Part shown: positions 10,828 through 22,518 of the stretch, in pieces
Layout of the letters: each line of letters opens with the position of its first letter
Position numbering within the stretch: the stretch's first letter is position 1
Assembly (NCBI GenBank): GCA_977017575.1
Contig: CDRNVI010000189.1
Location: 1-64,000, forward strand
Reading direction: 5' to 3'
Length of the DNA: 64,000 nt
Origin: Paramoeba atlantica
Lineage: Eukaryota; Protista; Discosea
Program-made: the position numbers and the translations under genes
Notes under the pieces: generated by a model
Seen by the model: only the letters and a program-made list of their open reading frames with translations
Told to the model about the DNA's origin: nothing
The model's database searches: none

Positions 10828-13800
10828 AGAGCATTGTGATATGACATAAGAGATATTAGGTTGGGTCTTTGTCAGCCAATTGAGGGAACCAACAAGGCTG
10901 GAGTAGGGAAAGTCAGTTTTGGGTTCATTCTTAGGGTTGAATCGTTCAAAAGATTTGATCAAATTGTTCAAGAATGTATGTTGGTCAATTGAGATTTCCT
11001 TAAAGTTTTGTTTTACAGAGCAGCCAAGAAACCAATCACAACTTCCAGAGCTTTTCCATTTGAATTGTTTGTATAATTTCATATGTATCTCTTTACGGAG
11101 TTCTTGTGAAGTACATATATCAAGAGTATCATCAACAGCAGTGGGCATAATACAAAAATTTCCATCTTGTTCATGATGAATGTAGAGGTTTGGGTCAGAA
11201 TCACAGCAAACAAATTTTAGTTCTTCAGTCAGGAATTTATAAAAGATCAAATTCCATCTTTGTCCAGCAACAGGAACTCTATAAAGGGCCATGTTCAGTT
11301 TGCAAACATGGTCAGGCTTTGTGGGGTTAGCAAAACCTTTAGGTTGTTCTACATAATAGACAACATCTCCTTCTAGCATTTCTGATTGTACATAGGCACT
11401 GGATACATCACTGGAATGCACTTCAAGTCCATAGGCAGCAGCAATGGCGTAGATTAGATTCATAGAAGTTGAGGTTGCAGATCCAGAGTAATTATCCTCA
11501 AATTCGATATTGGGGTCAGCTTTCAGTTTTCGGTTCACAGAGCTTCCATTGGCACACAAGTGGGCTTTGAATCAGGTTATCACTCCATTCTCAGTTTTGA
11601 TTTTGAATCACCACAGACTTTTCATAATAATATGTTTCTTTTCATCTTGATTTGGTTTCAGTCTGGAAACAAGGGTCCAAGTGTTATTTTCTTTGTGAGC
11701 TTCAATTTCACGTTAACAGGCAGCTATCCATTCTCCTTTTTCTTTACTTTTATTCATTTGTTTAAAAGTTTTGGGAGTAATTTTGTCAAAAACAACCTGT
11801 TCAGCAGTAAAAGCTTATTGAAGAAAGAGAGGTAACAAGGTATTTTCATTCGCAAGGGCATCGAAATCAGCTTTCATTCCATCATTCCATTTCCTCTTAT
11901 GAGATTGGTAGGTATGTTCGGTGTTGGATTGTAGGTCTCCTTCTAATTTGGCCAATTTCACTTGTTCAGTCTTATCTTCATTCTTCAATCCTTTTATGTG
12001 AAATTTCTTGTAATTAAATCTTTCCACTCCTCTGCCAGGTTGTGTGCTAGTTGGATGTTCAGGTTCAGTAGTTTCTTCAGTAGCAGGAAGTTTGGCTTCC
12101 TTGGGAGAAGGGAGAGAAAAATCAATTTTTTGTCTTGGAGTATTTACGATTTTCATGGGGATATTTGTTTTACTTCTCATGGGGTTCGTTTGAGGAGTAG
12201 TAGTTCCAGAAATATTCTTCAGGGGTCTTTTTCTGGGGGTGGGAGGGCAAGTTGTTCTTTCTTGCATTGAAGGGGTGAGTAAAAATAGATCAACTTTAGG
12301 GTCATTATCTGCATCATCCTCCAATTCAGTTTCAGGTCCTTTTGATTCATCTAAAAGGTCAATTTTCATCAAAGGGTTTGTTTCACTATTATAATCATCA
12401 TCAATAGTGTCTTCTTTTTCATCAATCTCATCAGTTGAATGCACATTGGAGTGTCCAGTAAGAGTTCTTGAAATATCAAAAGTATTTGGCAATTCATCAA
12501 CAGGTTGTGCTCTTCTAGCAGGACTATTAGTCTCCACAAATTTGTCATCAGATTCGTCTTGTTCATATTTTTCATCATGTTCATAGGGTGGATCATCCAT
12601 CAAACCAGTATCTCAGTTCTTTAGGTCATCCATTCTTGTTTGTACTGGTAAATTTTTAATTTCTTCATTATCTTTATATTTCGCCTGGTCATAATAACTT
12701 GGCATTTTCTTATTCTTAATTCTTTCTTTTAACTCAGAAATGTCGAATGCATATTCATCAAATAATACATTAGAGCATTGAAAAGTTTTCATGGCAATTG
12801 GGTCATAAAGCAAAAATCCATTCATATTCTCAGCAAGTCCCAGATTAATAGCAGCTCAGGATTTTGAATCAGTTTTAGAATGTTGATCATGAGGGATATA
12901 GGCAAAAGCATGACAACCAAAAGTTCGTATCAAATTCATGCTTGGTTTTGTCTCATACAATTTCTCAAAAGGGGTAATTTCTTGTTCTTCTTTTACCATC
13001 AGAGATATCAGCTTACTAGCCATCCTCTCAGCAAATTTCCAAAATTTAGGAGGTAGACAGGCAGCGAGCCTCATTGCTTGAGCAGTATTCCAACGAGTTT
13101 TGTTTCCTTTCTCAGCCACACTGTTTTCCTCAGGACAGTCAGGACTGGATTGTCGAATTTCAATTCCTTTGTTTCTACAAAATCTTTCAAGATCAGTATT
13201 CTTTCCAATAAATTCAGAAGCACCATCACATTGAACAATCTTCACCTTCACATCAGCTTGTCTCTCCAATTTTCGGATTACATTAATGATGGTTCTTCCA
13301 ACATGAGATTTCTTCTTAATGAAGCGAGAGAGATCAGCACCAGAGTAATCTTCAATAATAGAGATAGAATATCGGTTGTGATGATAAGAGAGTGTCAATT
13401 TTTCATGGAAATCGATGTGAAGCATCTCACCTTGGCAGTGAAAAGTTCTTGTACTAGCGTAATGAGGTTGCTTCTTGTTTTTGGCAAACACACAGGTGTC
13501 GCATACATCATTTGGGTCAGCAATTAATTTGTGGTAATTATCGGGCAAACTGTGGATCACTCTGGCCTTAATGGTTCTTCTAAGTCCAGATTGATGTCCA
13601 GTTTGTCCATGCCATAATTTTAATTCTTTTTCATGTTGTGGACAAAGTGTGTGTCTCACTTGTTTAGGGTTATCAACTTTTGGTTTGATATATTCTTCAG
13701 AATCAACTTCTTCAACAAGTTTTGTACAATAAGCTTCTTGTACATCTATCTTTGGAAGGGTAACATTATACAGTCCATTCTGGAGAGGTCTACTTAATAT

Positions 13801-15700
13801 CTTTTCAGCTTGAGGCAGATCAATTGATTTCTTCATCACAGATACATTGTCTTTATCAAAAATAACAGAAGCATTCCACAATTTGCACATTTGTGAAACG
13901 GACAGCAGGTTCGTAGAGCATTCAGGAGCAACAGAAACATTCTCAATAGAGGGAAGACTTTTCTTCAATTCTAAATTACCCACAAGAGAAATAGGAATTA
14001 ATTCACCATTCACTTGTGAAATAGCAACAATTGGGTCAGGTTTTCAAGTATTCATTATTCTATCTTCAGAGATCACAATAATGTTCGAGCAACCAGAGTC
14101 AACAAGAAATTCATCATCTGTTTCAATAGGAGCAGTATTTTTCAAAGATGGAGGGAAAAAGAGAAAAGAGTAAACAGGAACCATGATGTTTTTATTATGC
14201 ATTTTGCAATTCCATTCTCCTTTTTCTTTCAAGTACTTATTGAAAGCAGCTTCTGCGTCTTTTCCAGCTTGTGTACGTGGCTTCTGTCCATCATGACAAT
14301 CAGATGTCTGGTGGTTAGGCTTTCCACAGTGGAAACAATTTTGAGGTCCTTTTGGGGGTTCTTCCCATCCACTTATGTTTCTAAATTTCTCGTACTTGTC
14401 TCTTCTTGATCCTCTGTTCTAGTACTGGTTCTGACTTTGTTGTTGTTGTTGTTGCTGTCTTCAATTCTGGTTCTGGTTCTGTTGTTGTTGTTGGTGTGCT
14501 GCATTTGCTTTTTGTATCTTGGTGTCTTGGTCTCGAATTGCATCTCAATTCTTAAAGTGGTTCTCTGTCATTTTGTATTCTGCTATTATATCTTCATACT
14601 TGATTTCTTTCTTCTTATATCTTTTCTTAATGTCAAGTGTTGTCTGGTCCCATTTCCTTGATACAAGTGCTTTTAATAAGATATTGCACTTCATATCCTC
14701 ATCCATATCGCCACCAGCTCTCTCAAAATGGTTTTTCAGGTTCAAAAGGCAAATAACCATTGCAGAAATATCTTCGCTTTCACTCTTTCTGAAGTTGTTA
14801 ATCTCCTTTTTAATTCTTTCCAACTCTCCCTCAGTGTCCTTCAAATAGTGGTTATCAAGCACTGCTATAATCGAGTGGGGTCGAGAGAGGTATCTATCAG
14901 AGGTGGTCTTGAGATACAGTCCATCAAGAAGGAAGCAATGACAATTCGGTTTATTATTCTTTGTTCTCATGTTTTCTTCGCTGGGTCTTGCTCATCTGCA
15001 GGGGCAACAAGATCATTCTCATTGTCAATTTGTATGTGATACAATACTCAGGCTTGCATCAGTCTATCTTTGATCTGATGTTTCCAGGTTTCGTAAGTGG
15101 GGTCATCATCACCTCTGAACTTGTTCTCGATTGGTTTCAAGTATTTCAAATCGCTCCTGGAAGGTTCTATCACTGGGTATTGTATGTTGGCCATGATTAA
15201 AGCTTATCATATGTGAACAACTTCACACACAGGTCACGTTCAAGACAAGTTTCTTTTCACACTCGAGAGTGGCTCAGGGGCAAGCCTAGACTCTTAATCT
15301 GTCAGATCAACTGGATCTCAGGAGAGATGGACAAAACAAAAGCAAAGCCAAACCAAAGATCAAATTGAAAATGTAGATTTATTCAAGGAAACAAACAAGG
15401 TGAACATTTGCTCAAGAGAGAGAAATGTGAGGGCAGTGAAAAGACAGTTGAGATGTGATCGTGACAAGAATAAAAAGGAACACAAAAACAGCATTTTTGT
15501 GGAAGGAAACAAGGACAAAATCAAATCAGGAAGGGATAAAATAAACATCAGAAAAAATAGAAAAAGGGAAAATAATACAAGGGGAAAAATACAACAGAGA
15601 AAGGGAAAAGAGAGAGAGAAAGAGTGGTGATCAATCGGAGGAGCAGAGTGACAGGATGGCATCAAATTGAATAGAAGACAACTGAACAGGGTTCGTAACA
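10828..15700 (-). mobile_element. Decayed Ty1/copia LTR retrotransposon (5' LTR-gag-PR-INT-RT), 3'-truncated: no RNase H, no 3' LTR
   Basis: Copia domain order. gag ATG at 15194; CCHC knuckle NCFHCGKPNHQTSDCH at ~14290-14340; protease FLVDSGCS at ~14090-14115; integrase LWHGQTGH...HIDF...VQCDGASEF...EENSVAEK in 12856-14013; RT YVEQPKGF...AVDD...YSSLVGSLNWL in 10822-11559. Several stops and frameshifts. Confidence 0.93.
15212..15700 (-). mobile_element. Putative LTR (~470-490 bp) of the copia element
   Basis: Begins TGTTACGAAC at 15700 on the minus strand, exactly where the neighbouring RT coding frame breaks. Ends in ...CA just upstream of the gag ATG; the 3' boundary could be 15212 or 15232. 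No second copy is present to confirm it. Confidence 0.6.
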
Positions 15701-16540
15701 CCATTTTCAGTCTTAATTCGAAATCACCACAGGCCTTGCATAATAATGTGTTTCTTTCCATCCTTGGGGAACTTCAGGGGAGGAGGCACCAATTCCCAAG
15801 TTTTATTTTCAATATGAGCATCATATTCTCTTTTGCAGGCTTGTTTCTTTTTCATTTGAACAAGCAGCTTGCTTGTAGGATCGAGGGGTAACTTTGTCAT
15901 TAACAACTTGGTCAACATGGAAGGCATAGTCAAGGAAATCAAGATTTTTGTAACCATGGCCAGGTTCACCAAACATATTCCAAGGTATTTTCAGGGTACT
16001 GAACACTTTTCCAATGGCACTATGTTGGTAGTCAGGGTCTTGGAAGCAAGCAGAGTGTCTTACTTCTTTGGCTGCATCATCAGATTCATTTGGTTCAGAG
16101 ATGTTAATTTCATCATCAGGTTGAGGTTGAGTAACAAGATTAAAATCAACTTCAGGATCAGTTTCAGAGTTGTATGTAGAGGAAGAGTAAGGAGATGCAG
16201 ATTGATCTGCAGGGGCATAAGGGTCAGGATCATGATCATCTGGTGAGTAAATTAACATTTCATAATTATCAAGGTCAATTGGCAATTCAGGTTCATTTTC
16301 ATCAGCAGAGTCATTTTCAGTTCCTTCACTTTCTTCATCCTTCATATCTAATTCTGTCATTTGAAGAAGAATTTCAGAATCAGGGGTACTAAAATCAAGA
16401 GGGGAATCACTTTCAGTGCTGGGAGTTTCACCAAGAGAAGGAGGACTGAGCTTGGGTGTTCCAGGATGTTTCTTAGGTGACTTTTTTGTCTTACCAGGGG
16501 TCCCTCCTTCTTGTTTCTTATCTTTATCCTTTCCCATTGG
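15701..16540 (-). mobile_element. Second copia fragment (INT-RT linker plus start of RT), interrupted by the LTR above
   Basis: An acidic linker, then TPRSYKQ...KQACKREYDAHIENKTWELVPPP...GLW*FRIKTENG, which is the N-terminus of RVT_2. Confidence 0.85.
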
Positions 16541-16699
16541 AGCCTCCAAATGTAAAATGATAGATTTTATAGTGAATAATAAAAGCAATCAAAATGTTGT
16601 TGTGCAATTTGAGAATTTGAAAAGTGAACATTGGACTGTTTCAGAAATTGGCAGTTCCACATCAGCACTCATTCTCCTTTATTTAGTAAATCAAAAAGG

Positions 16700-17100
16700 C
16701 ATAGATGTCTTTATCAAGGAGTTGTTGATTTCTCCATTGCAATGATAGTCAAGAGGTCACAGGGTGCTAGTTTAGCCCCAGGAGAATTCAGTGAAAGATG
16801 AAGCTCAAGAAGGAGAAGAATTATGAACTTGTAGAGTTCAGATATGAGCTGAAGAAGAGAAAGAGAAAGAAACTCACTTGGGAGTTTCAGAATAAAAAAA
16901 GCGCTTGAAGACCATTCTTGAGTCTGCCTCAAAAAGAAAAAAATCAAAAGTGAGCATGAGTTCTGAAAATCAAAACCAACATCACCAATGAACTCATCTA
17001 CTTTGGTACAGACTAAAGAAGGTATGTTAGAAATATGTTGAATGGACAACTGAAGAGCAGTCCTCAGAAGTTTCATGAAAAGTGAGAAACTTCCTGATGA
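16700..17100 (+). pseudogene. Decayed Lys/Arg-rich ORF of a probable transposon
   Basis: One + frame reads KMKLKKEKNYELVEFRYELKKRKRKKLTWEFQNKKSA*RPFLSLPQKEKNQK*A*VLKIKT; the TGA stops sit where CGA (Arg) would fit. Confidence 0.4.
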
Positions 17101-17481
17101 CATCATTAATGGTGTTTTTTATTTGAATTCACAGAAGGTCAACTTGGAGGAGACCAAGGGTTGACTTGAAGGAGATCAAGAGTTGGATCAGATGAATAGA
17201 GCAGAGAGCCAAGTGTCTTCAGAGTAGTGCACATTGCTTGTGTGCACCTGATGACATCATCAATGGTGTTTTTTATTTAGATTCACAGAAGGTCAACTTG
17301 GAGGAGACCAAGGGTCAACTTGAAGGAGATTGGGAATTGACTTGGAGGAGATCAAGGGTTGGATCAAATGAATAGAGCAGAGAGCCAAGTGTCTTCAGAG
17401 TAGCGCACATTGCTTGTGTGCATCTTCAGTTGCCATTCAATATATTTCTGACATGCCTTCTTTAGTTTGTACCAAAGTAGA
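16997..17481. repeat. ~60-bp inverted repeats (16997-17056 / 17423-17481) flanking two direct repeats (17093-17246, 17247-17422)
   Basis: Direct alignment of the arms and of the direct repeats; the mismatches are mostly transitions. Confidence 0.9.
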
Positions 17482-18003
17482 CATGTTCAGTTGTCAATCT
17501 TCTCTCTCAAGATTTTCAGGATCTAATTGATTTTATTGATTAATTTTTTTTTCTTTTTCTTTCTTACTTCTCTTTTTGAAAAAGAAATATTCATTTTCCT
17601 TTTCTTCTCTCCCTCAGGTTCACAAGTTGTATGTCTCAAAGAGGATTTTGTTCTTCTCTCTCTCCTCTTCTACAATTTTTCTCCTCAGAGCCACTTCATC
17701 AGCATCCATTTTTTTTCTTTTGTTTTTTCTTTCTCTCTCTCTTTCTCTTTCCCTTTCTCTTTCTTTTTTTCTCTTTTTTTCCTCTCTCTTCTCTCTTTTT
17801 TCACAGCAAAAAGAATAAGAATTATTGAAAAAAAAAAAGGAAAAACTTAAAATAAAACACTTTGAAAATTTAATTTTCTTTTTTTGTTCGAGCTGGTTTT
17901 CTAGTTTGTCCCTAAAATCAAGAAAACAAAAAGTGAGATTCCATATCTTTCCACAATCATTATTTTAAGAATAAAGAAAAAAAAATGAAAAAAGAAAATA
18001 AAA

Positions 18004-21000
18004 TCAAACCTTTAATTGAATGATTAAATCAACAATTCTTTCATCTTTTGCAATATCAAGTACTGTTTGACCACCCTAACAAAAAAAAAGAAAAGAAGAT
18101 CAAAAAAAAAAAAGAACTTACTCTTTTCAACAACCCACAAATAACAAAATCAACAATAAAAAAAAAGATAATAAAACAGAATATCAAAAAAAAAACTTTG
18201 TTTTGAATATTCACATTGGCACCATGTTCAATAAAAATCTTCACAATTTCTTCAAAACCATGAAAAGCAGCCATGTGGAGGGGGGTGTCTCCATCCTTAA
18301 ATATAAAAAGAAATGTTAAAAAGAGAAACAAAATAAAACATTTCTCTATCATGAACAATGAGAAAAATAGAATTAAAAAAAGAAAAAGAAAATGAAAACA
18401 TTATCTTGAAGATGGATGTTGGATCCATATTCAATTAGAATTTTTACAATTTCTTTAAAATTTTTGGAAGCAGCTGTATGAAGAGGTCCCATGCCATCCT
18501 GAATATAAAAAGAAGTGTTTGAAAAAAGAAAAAGAAATACAAAAGCCAATTTTCAAAAAAATAAAAAGAACCTCCCATGCAAAATCAACATTTGGGTTTC
18601 CTTTTTCCAATAAAATTTGAACAGTTTGTTCATGTCCTTGAAAAGCAGCAATAAAAAGAGGAGTTACTCCATCCTTTACATTAAAAAAAATAGAAAAATG
18701 AAAAACTGAAAAAGAAAAAGAAAAAGAAAAAAAAAAAGAAAAAAACAACAAAAGAACCTTATTTACAAAATCAACATTTGGTTCTCCTTTTTCCAATAAA
18801 ATTTGAACAATTTTTTCATGTCCATTTAGAGCAGCAAGATGAAGAGAAATGTATCCATCCTTTTAATTAAAAAAAAATTCAAAAAGTGAAGAAAGAAAAA
18901 GCAAAAGAAATCAAATCAATCAAATTCAAAATATCATTAAAGAGAAGAACCTTATTTGCAAAATCAACATTGACTCCTTTATCCAATAAAATTTGAACAA
19001 TTTGTACATATCCTTTTTGAGCAGCAATGTGAAGAGGAGTTGCTCCATCCTTTACATTTAAAAAAATAGAAAATTGAGAAAGTAAAAAAGAAAAAGAAAA
19101 ATTAACAATTAACAAAATAACCTCATCTGCAAGATCAACATTTGCTCCTCCTTTTCCTACTAAAAGTTGAACAATTTGTTCATATCCATTTTGAGCAGCA
19201 ATATAAAGAGGAGTTGTTCCATCCTTTACATTAAAAGAATAAAATAGAAAAATGAGAAACTGAAAAAAAAAAAAGAAACAATCAACAAAATAACCTGAGT
19301 TGTAAGATCAACATTAACTCCTTTATCCAATAAAAGTTGAACAATTTGTTCATATCCTTCTTGAGCAGCCATATAAAGAGGGGGTACTCCATTCTTTTAA
19401 AAAAAAATAGAAAAATGAGAAAGTGAAAAAAAAAAAAAGAAAGAAACAATCCATCCAAAAGAACCTTATTGGCAAGATCAACATTTGGGTTTCCTTTTTT
19501 CAATAAAATTTGCATAATTTGTTCATGTCCATTTTGAGCAGCAATATAAAGAGGAGTTGCTCCATCCTTTTAATAAAAAAATAGAAAAATGAGAAAGTAA
19601 AAAAGAAAAAGAATAAGAAACAATCAACAAAATAACCTCATCTGCAAAATCAACATTTGCTCCTCCTTTTTCTAATAAAAGTTGAACAATTTGTTCATAT
19701 CCATTTTCAGCAGCAATATGAAGAGGAGTGACTCCATACTTTACATTAAAAAAATCGAAAAATGAGAAAGTGAAAAAAAAGAAAAAAAAAGAATCAACAA
19801 AATAACCTGATCTGCAAAATCAACATTTGCTCCTCCTTTTTCTAATAAAAGTTGAACAGTTTGTTCATGCCCATTTTCAGCAGCAATATAAAGAGGAGTT
19901 ACTCCATTCTTTACATTAAAAAAAAAAATAGAAAAATGAGAAAGTGAAAAAAAGAAAAAGAAAAAGAAAAAGAAACAATCAACAAAATAACCTCAGCTGC
20001 AAGATCAACATTTGCTCCTCCTTTATCTAATAAAAGTTGAACAATTTGTTCATGTCCTTTGCAAGCAGCCATATAAAGAGGAGTTACTCCATTCTTTAAA
20101 AAAAAAAAATAGAAAAATGAGAAAGTAAAAAAAAAGAAAAAGAAACAATCAACCAAATAACCTTAGTTGCAAGATCAACATTTGGTTTTCCTTTTTCCAA
20201 TAAAATTTGAACAATTTGTTCATGTCCTTTTTGAGCAGCAATATAAAGAGGAGTTGCTCCATTCTTTTAATAATAAAAAAATAGAAAAATGAGAAAGTGA
20301 AAAAGAAAAAAAAAGTAAAAAAGAAAAAGAAAAAGAAACAATTAACAAAATAACCTCATCTGCAAGATCAACATTTGCTCCTCTTTCTAATAAAATTTGA
20401 ACAATTTGTTCATGTCCATTTTGAGCAGCAATATAAAGAGGAGTTGTTCCATCCTTTACATTAAAAAAATAAAATAGAAAAATGAGAAACCGAAAAAAAA
20501 AAGAAAAAGAAACAATCAACAAAATAACCTGGGTTGTAAGAGCAACATTTGCTCTTCCTTGATCCAATAAAAGTTGAATAATTTGTACATGCCCATTTTG
20601 AGCAGCAATATAAAGTGGAGTTATTCCATCCTTTACATTAAAAAAATAAAATAGAAAAATGAGAAACTGAAAAAAAAAAAGTAAAAGAAACAATCAACAA
20701 AATAACCTCATCTGCAAGATCAACATTTGCTCTTCCTTTATCCAATAAAATTTGAACAATTTGTTCATGTCCATTTTGAGCAGCAATATAAAGAGGAGTT
20801 GTTCCATCCTTTAGATGCAAAAAAAAAATAGAAAAATGAGAGAAAGTGAAAAAAAAAAAGAAAAAGAAAAAGAAACAAAATAACCTTCTTTGCAAGATCA
20901 ACACTTGAATTTCCTTTATCCAATAAAATTTGAACAATTTGTTCATATCCATTTCGAGCAGCAAGAAAAAGAGGAGTTCTTCCATCCTTTAGATGCAAAA

Positions 21001-22159
21001 AAAAATAGAAAAATGAGAGAAAGTGAAAAAAAAAAAAAATAAAATCAAAATCAAAATCAAATTCAAAATATCAATCATAATCATAATATCATAAAAAGAG
21101 AAGAAACCTTCTCTGCAAGATCAACATTTGGTTTTCCTTTTTCCAATAAAATTTGAACAATTTGTTCATATCCTTCTTGAACAGCAAATTGAAGAGGAGT
21201 TGTTTCATGGAGCTAAATAAATTTTAAAAGATCAAGGTTTGTTCAAAAAAATGAGAAAAAGAACCAATGAATTTCAAAAAAGAAACAAAAAAGGAACAAA
21301 AAAAAAGAAAAAAAAAATTGTTATTGAAATTTTTTTAAAAAAAAATAATGAAAAAATGAAAAAACTTGTTCAATAGCATTGATATTAGCTCCTTGATGTA
21401 ATAACAATTCAATCTTCTTTTCATCTCCTTTGAAAGAACCAATGTGGAGATCTGTTATTCCAAACTATTTTTGTTTTTTTTGTTTTTTTGTTTTTTGTTT
21501 TTGTTTTTTGAGAAAAAAGAGTCAGAATTGTGGTGGGTGAAACCCTCAATTTCCACCCCCCCCGCCCCTCCTTCTCCCTCACAAAAAAGTTGAAAAACAT
21601 AAAATCCATTTTTAAAAAGAAAAGAAAAGAAAAAAGAAAAAAGAACATTGGGGTATTCATGTTTTTCCACCATCTCAAATAGTATCCCAATTCGAATCCA
21701 ATTGTGATCCACAAAAGCAATTTTGAATAATTCCTTTTTTTTTTTCAAAAATAATGAAAAAAGATTAATTTAATATTAAATCAAAATAAAATGTTGTTTC
21801 ATAAATCAAGATAATAGATGAAAGAGAGAAAGAAAGAAGAGGGGAAGAAGAAAGGAAACAAAGAAAAAACAACCAGAAAAAAGAGGAGAGGGGATAAGAA
21901 AGAACCAGAAAAAAACCTCAAACGATTTTTCTTTCAACTCTTTTCTCACTTTCTCTTCTTCTCTTTTTTTCTTCTCTTCTTCTTCTTCTTTTCTCAATCT
22001 CTCTTCTTCTTCTTCTTCAAGTCCTTTTATCTGTGGTTCAAGAGTTTGAATCTCCCCCCCTCTCTTTTTCCCTTCTTTCTCTTCTTTCTCTTCTTTCTCT
22101 TCTTCCTTCAATTTGTCGCCAAGTGTTTGTCCTTCACCTCTCCTTGTCCTTGACATCAT
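18004..22159 (-). CDS. Ankyrin-repeat protein: Glu/Lys-rich N-terminus, 18 ankyrin repeats each on its own phase-0 exon, C-cap exon
   Basis: Repeated exons (D/N)GxTPLxxAAxxGHEQIVQxLLxKGxxNVDxxx separated by mutually homologous ~70-85 nt introns; last exon 18075-18004 GGQTVLDIAKDERIVDLIIQLKV*. Confidence 0.93.
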
Positions 22160-22518
22160 CCTTCTTCTCTCTCTTCTCTTTCTCTCTCTGTTTTCTTTTT
22201 CTATCAAAAGCTCTTTCTCACTTTTCTCCAAAAAAAATCAAAATAAAAAGAGAACTGTCAAATTCAAAAAAGAGCTCAAGATTTTGTTTCCTTCAGAGCA
22301 CAATTTAATTTTGGCTGCAAAACCACATGAAATTATTTTTATTGTTTTTCGTTCTTTTGTTTGATCTGAGTTGTGAAGACGTTGGGAGGGGAGTGAGAAA
22401 AAAGAGAAGATTATATTTTTTGAAACTGGTCCAAGTTGGTGTATTGTGTGAATCAAGTACCATTTACCTCATCTCCAACCTGTTCTTCAAGTTCTCCTCT
22501 CAACTTTGTTGTGTTTTG

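Noticed and set aside
15190-15235. tRNA primer-binding site of the copia element
   Set aside because: No TGG-initiated or recognisable half-tRNA-iMet PBS; the LTR 3' end is ambiguous
10828-17100. TGA read-through or alternative genetic code suggested by repeated in-frame TGA, including a shared W*F
   Set aside because: Host genes (ankyrin, SPRY, REV1) end in TGA; the in-frame TGAs are confined to decayed TE sequence and fit CGA-to-TGA deamination
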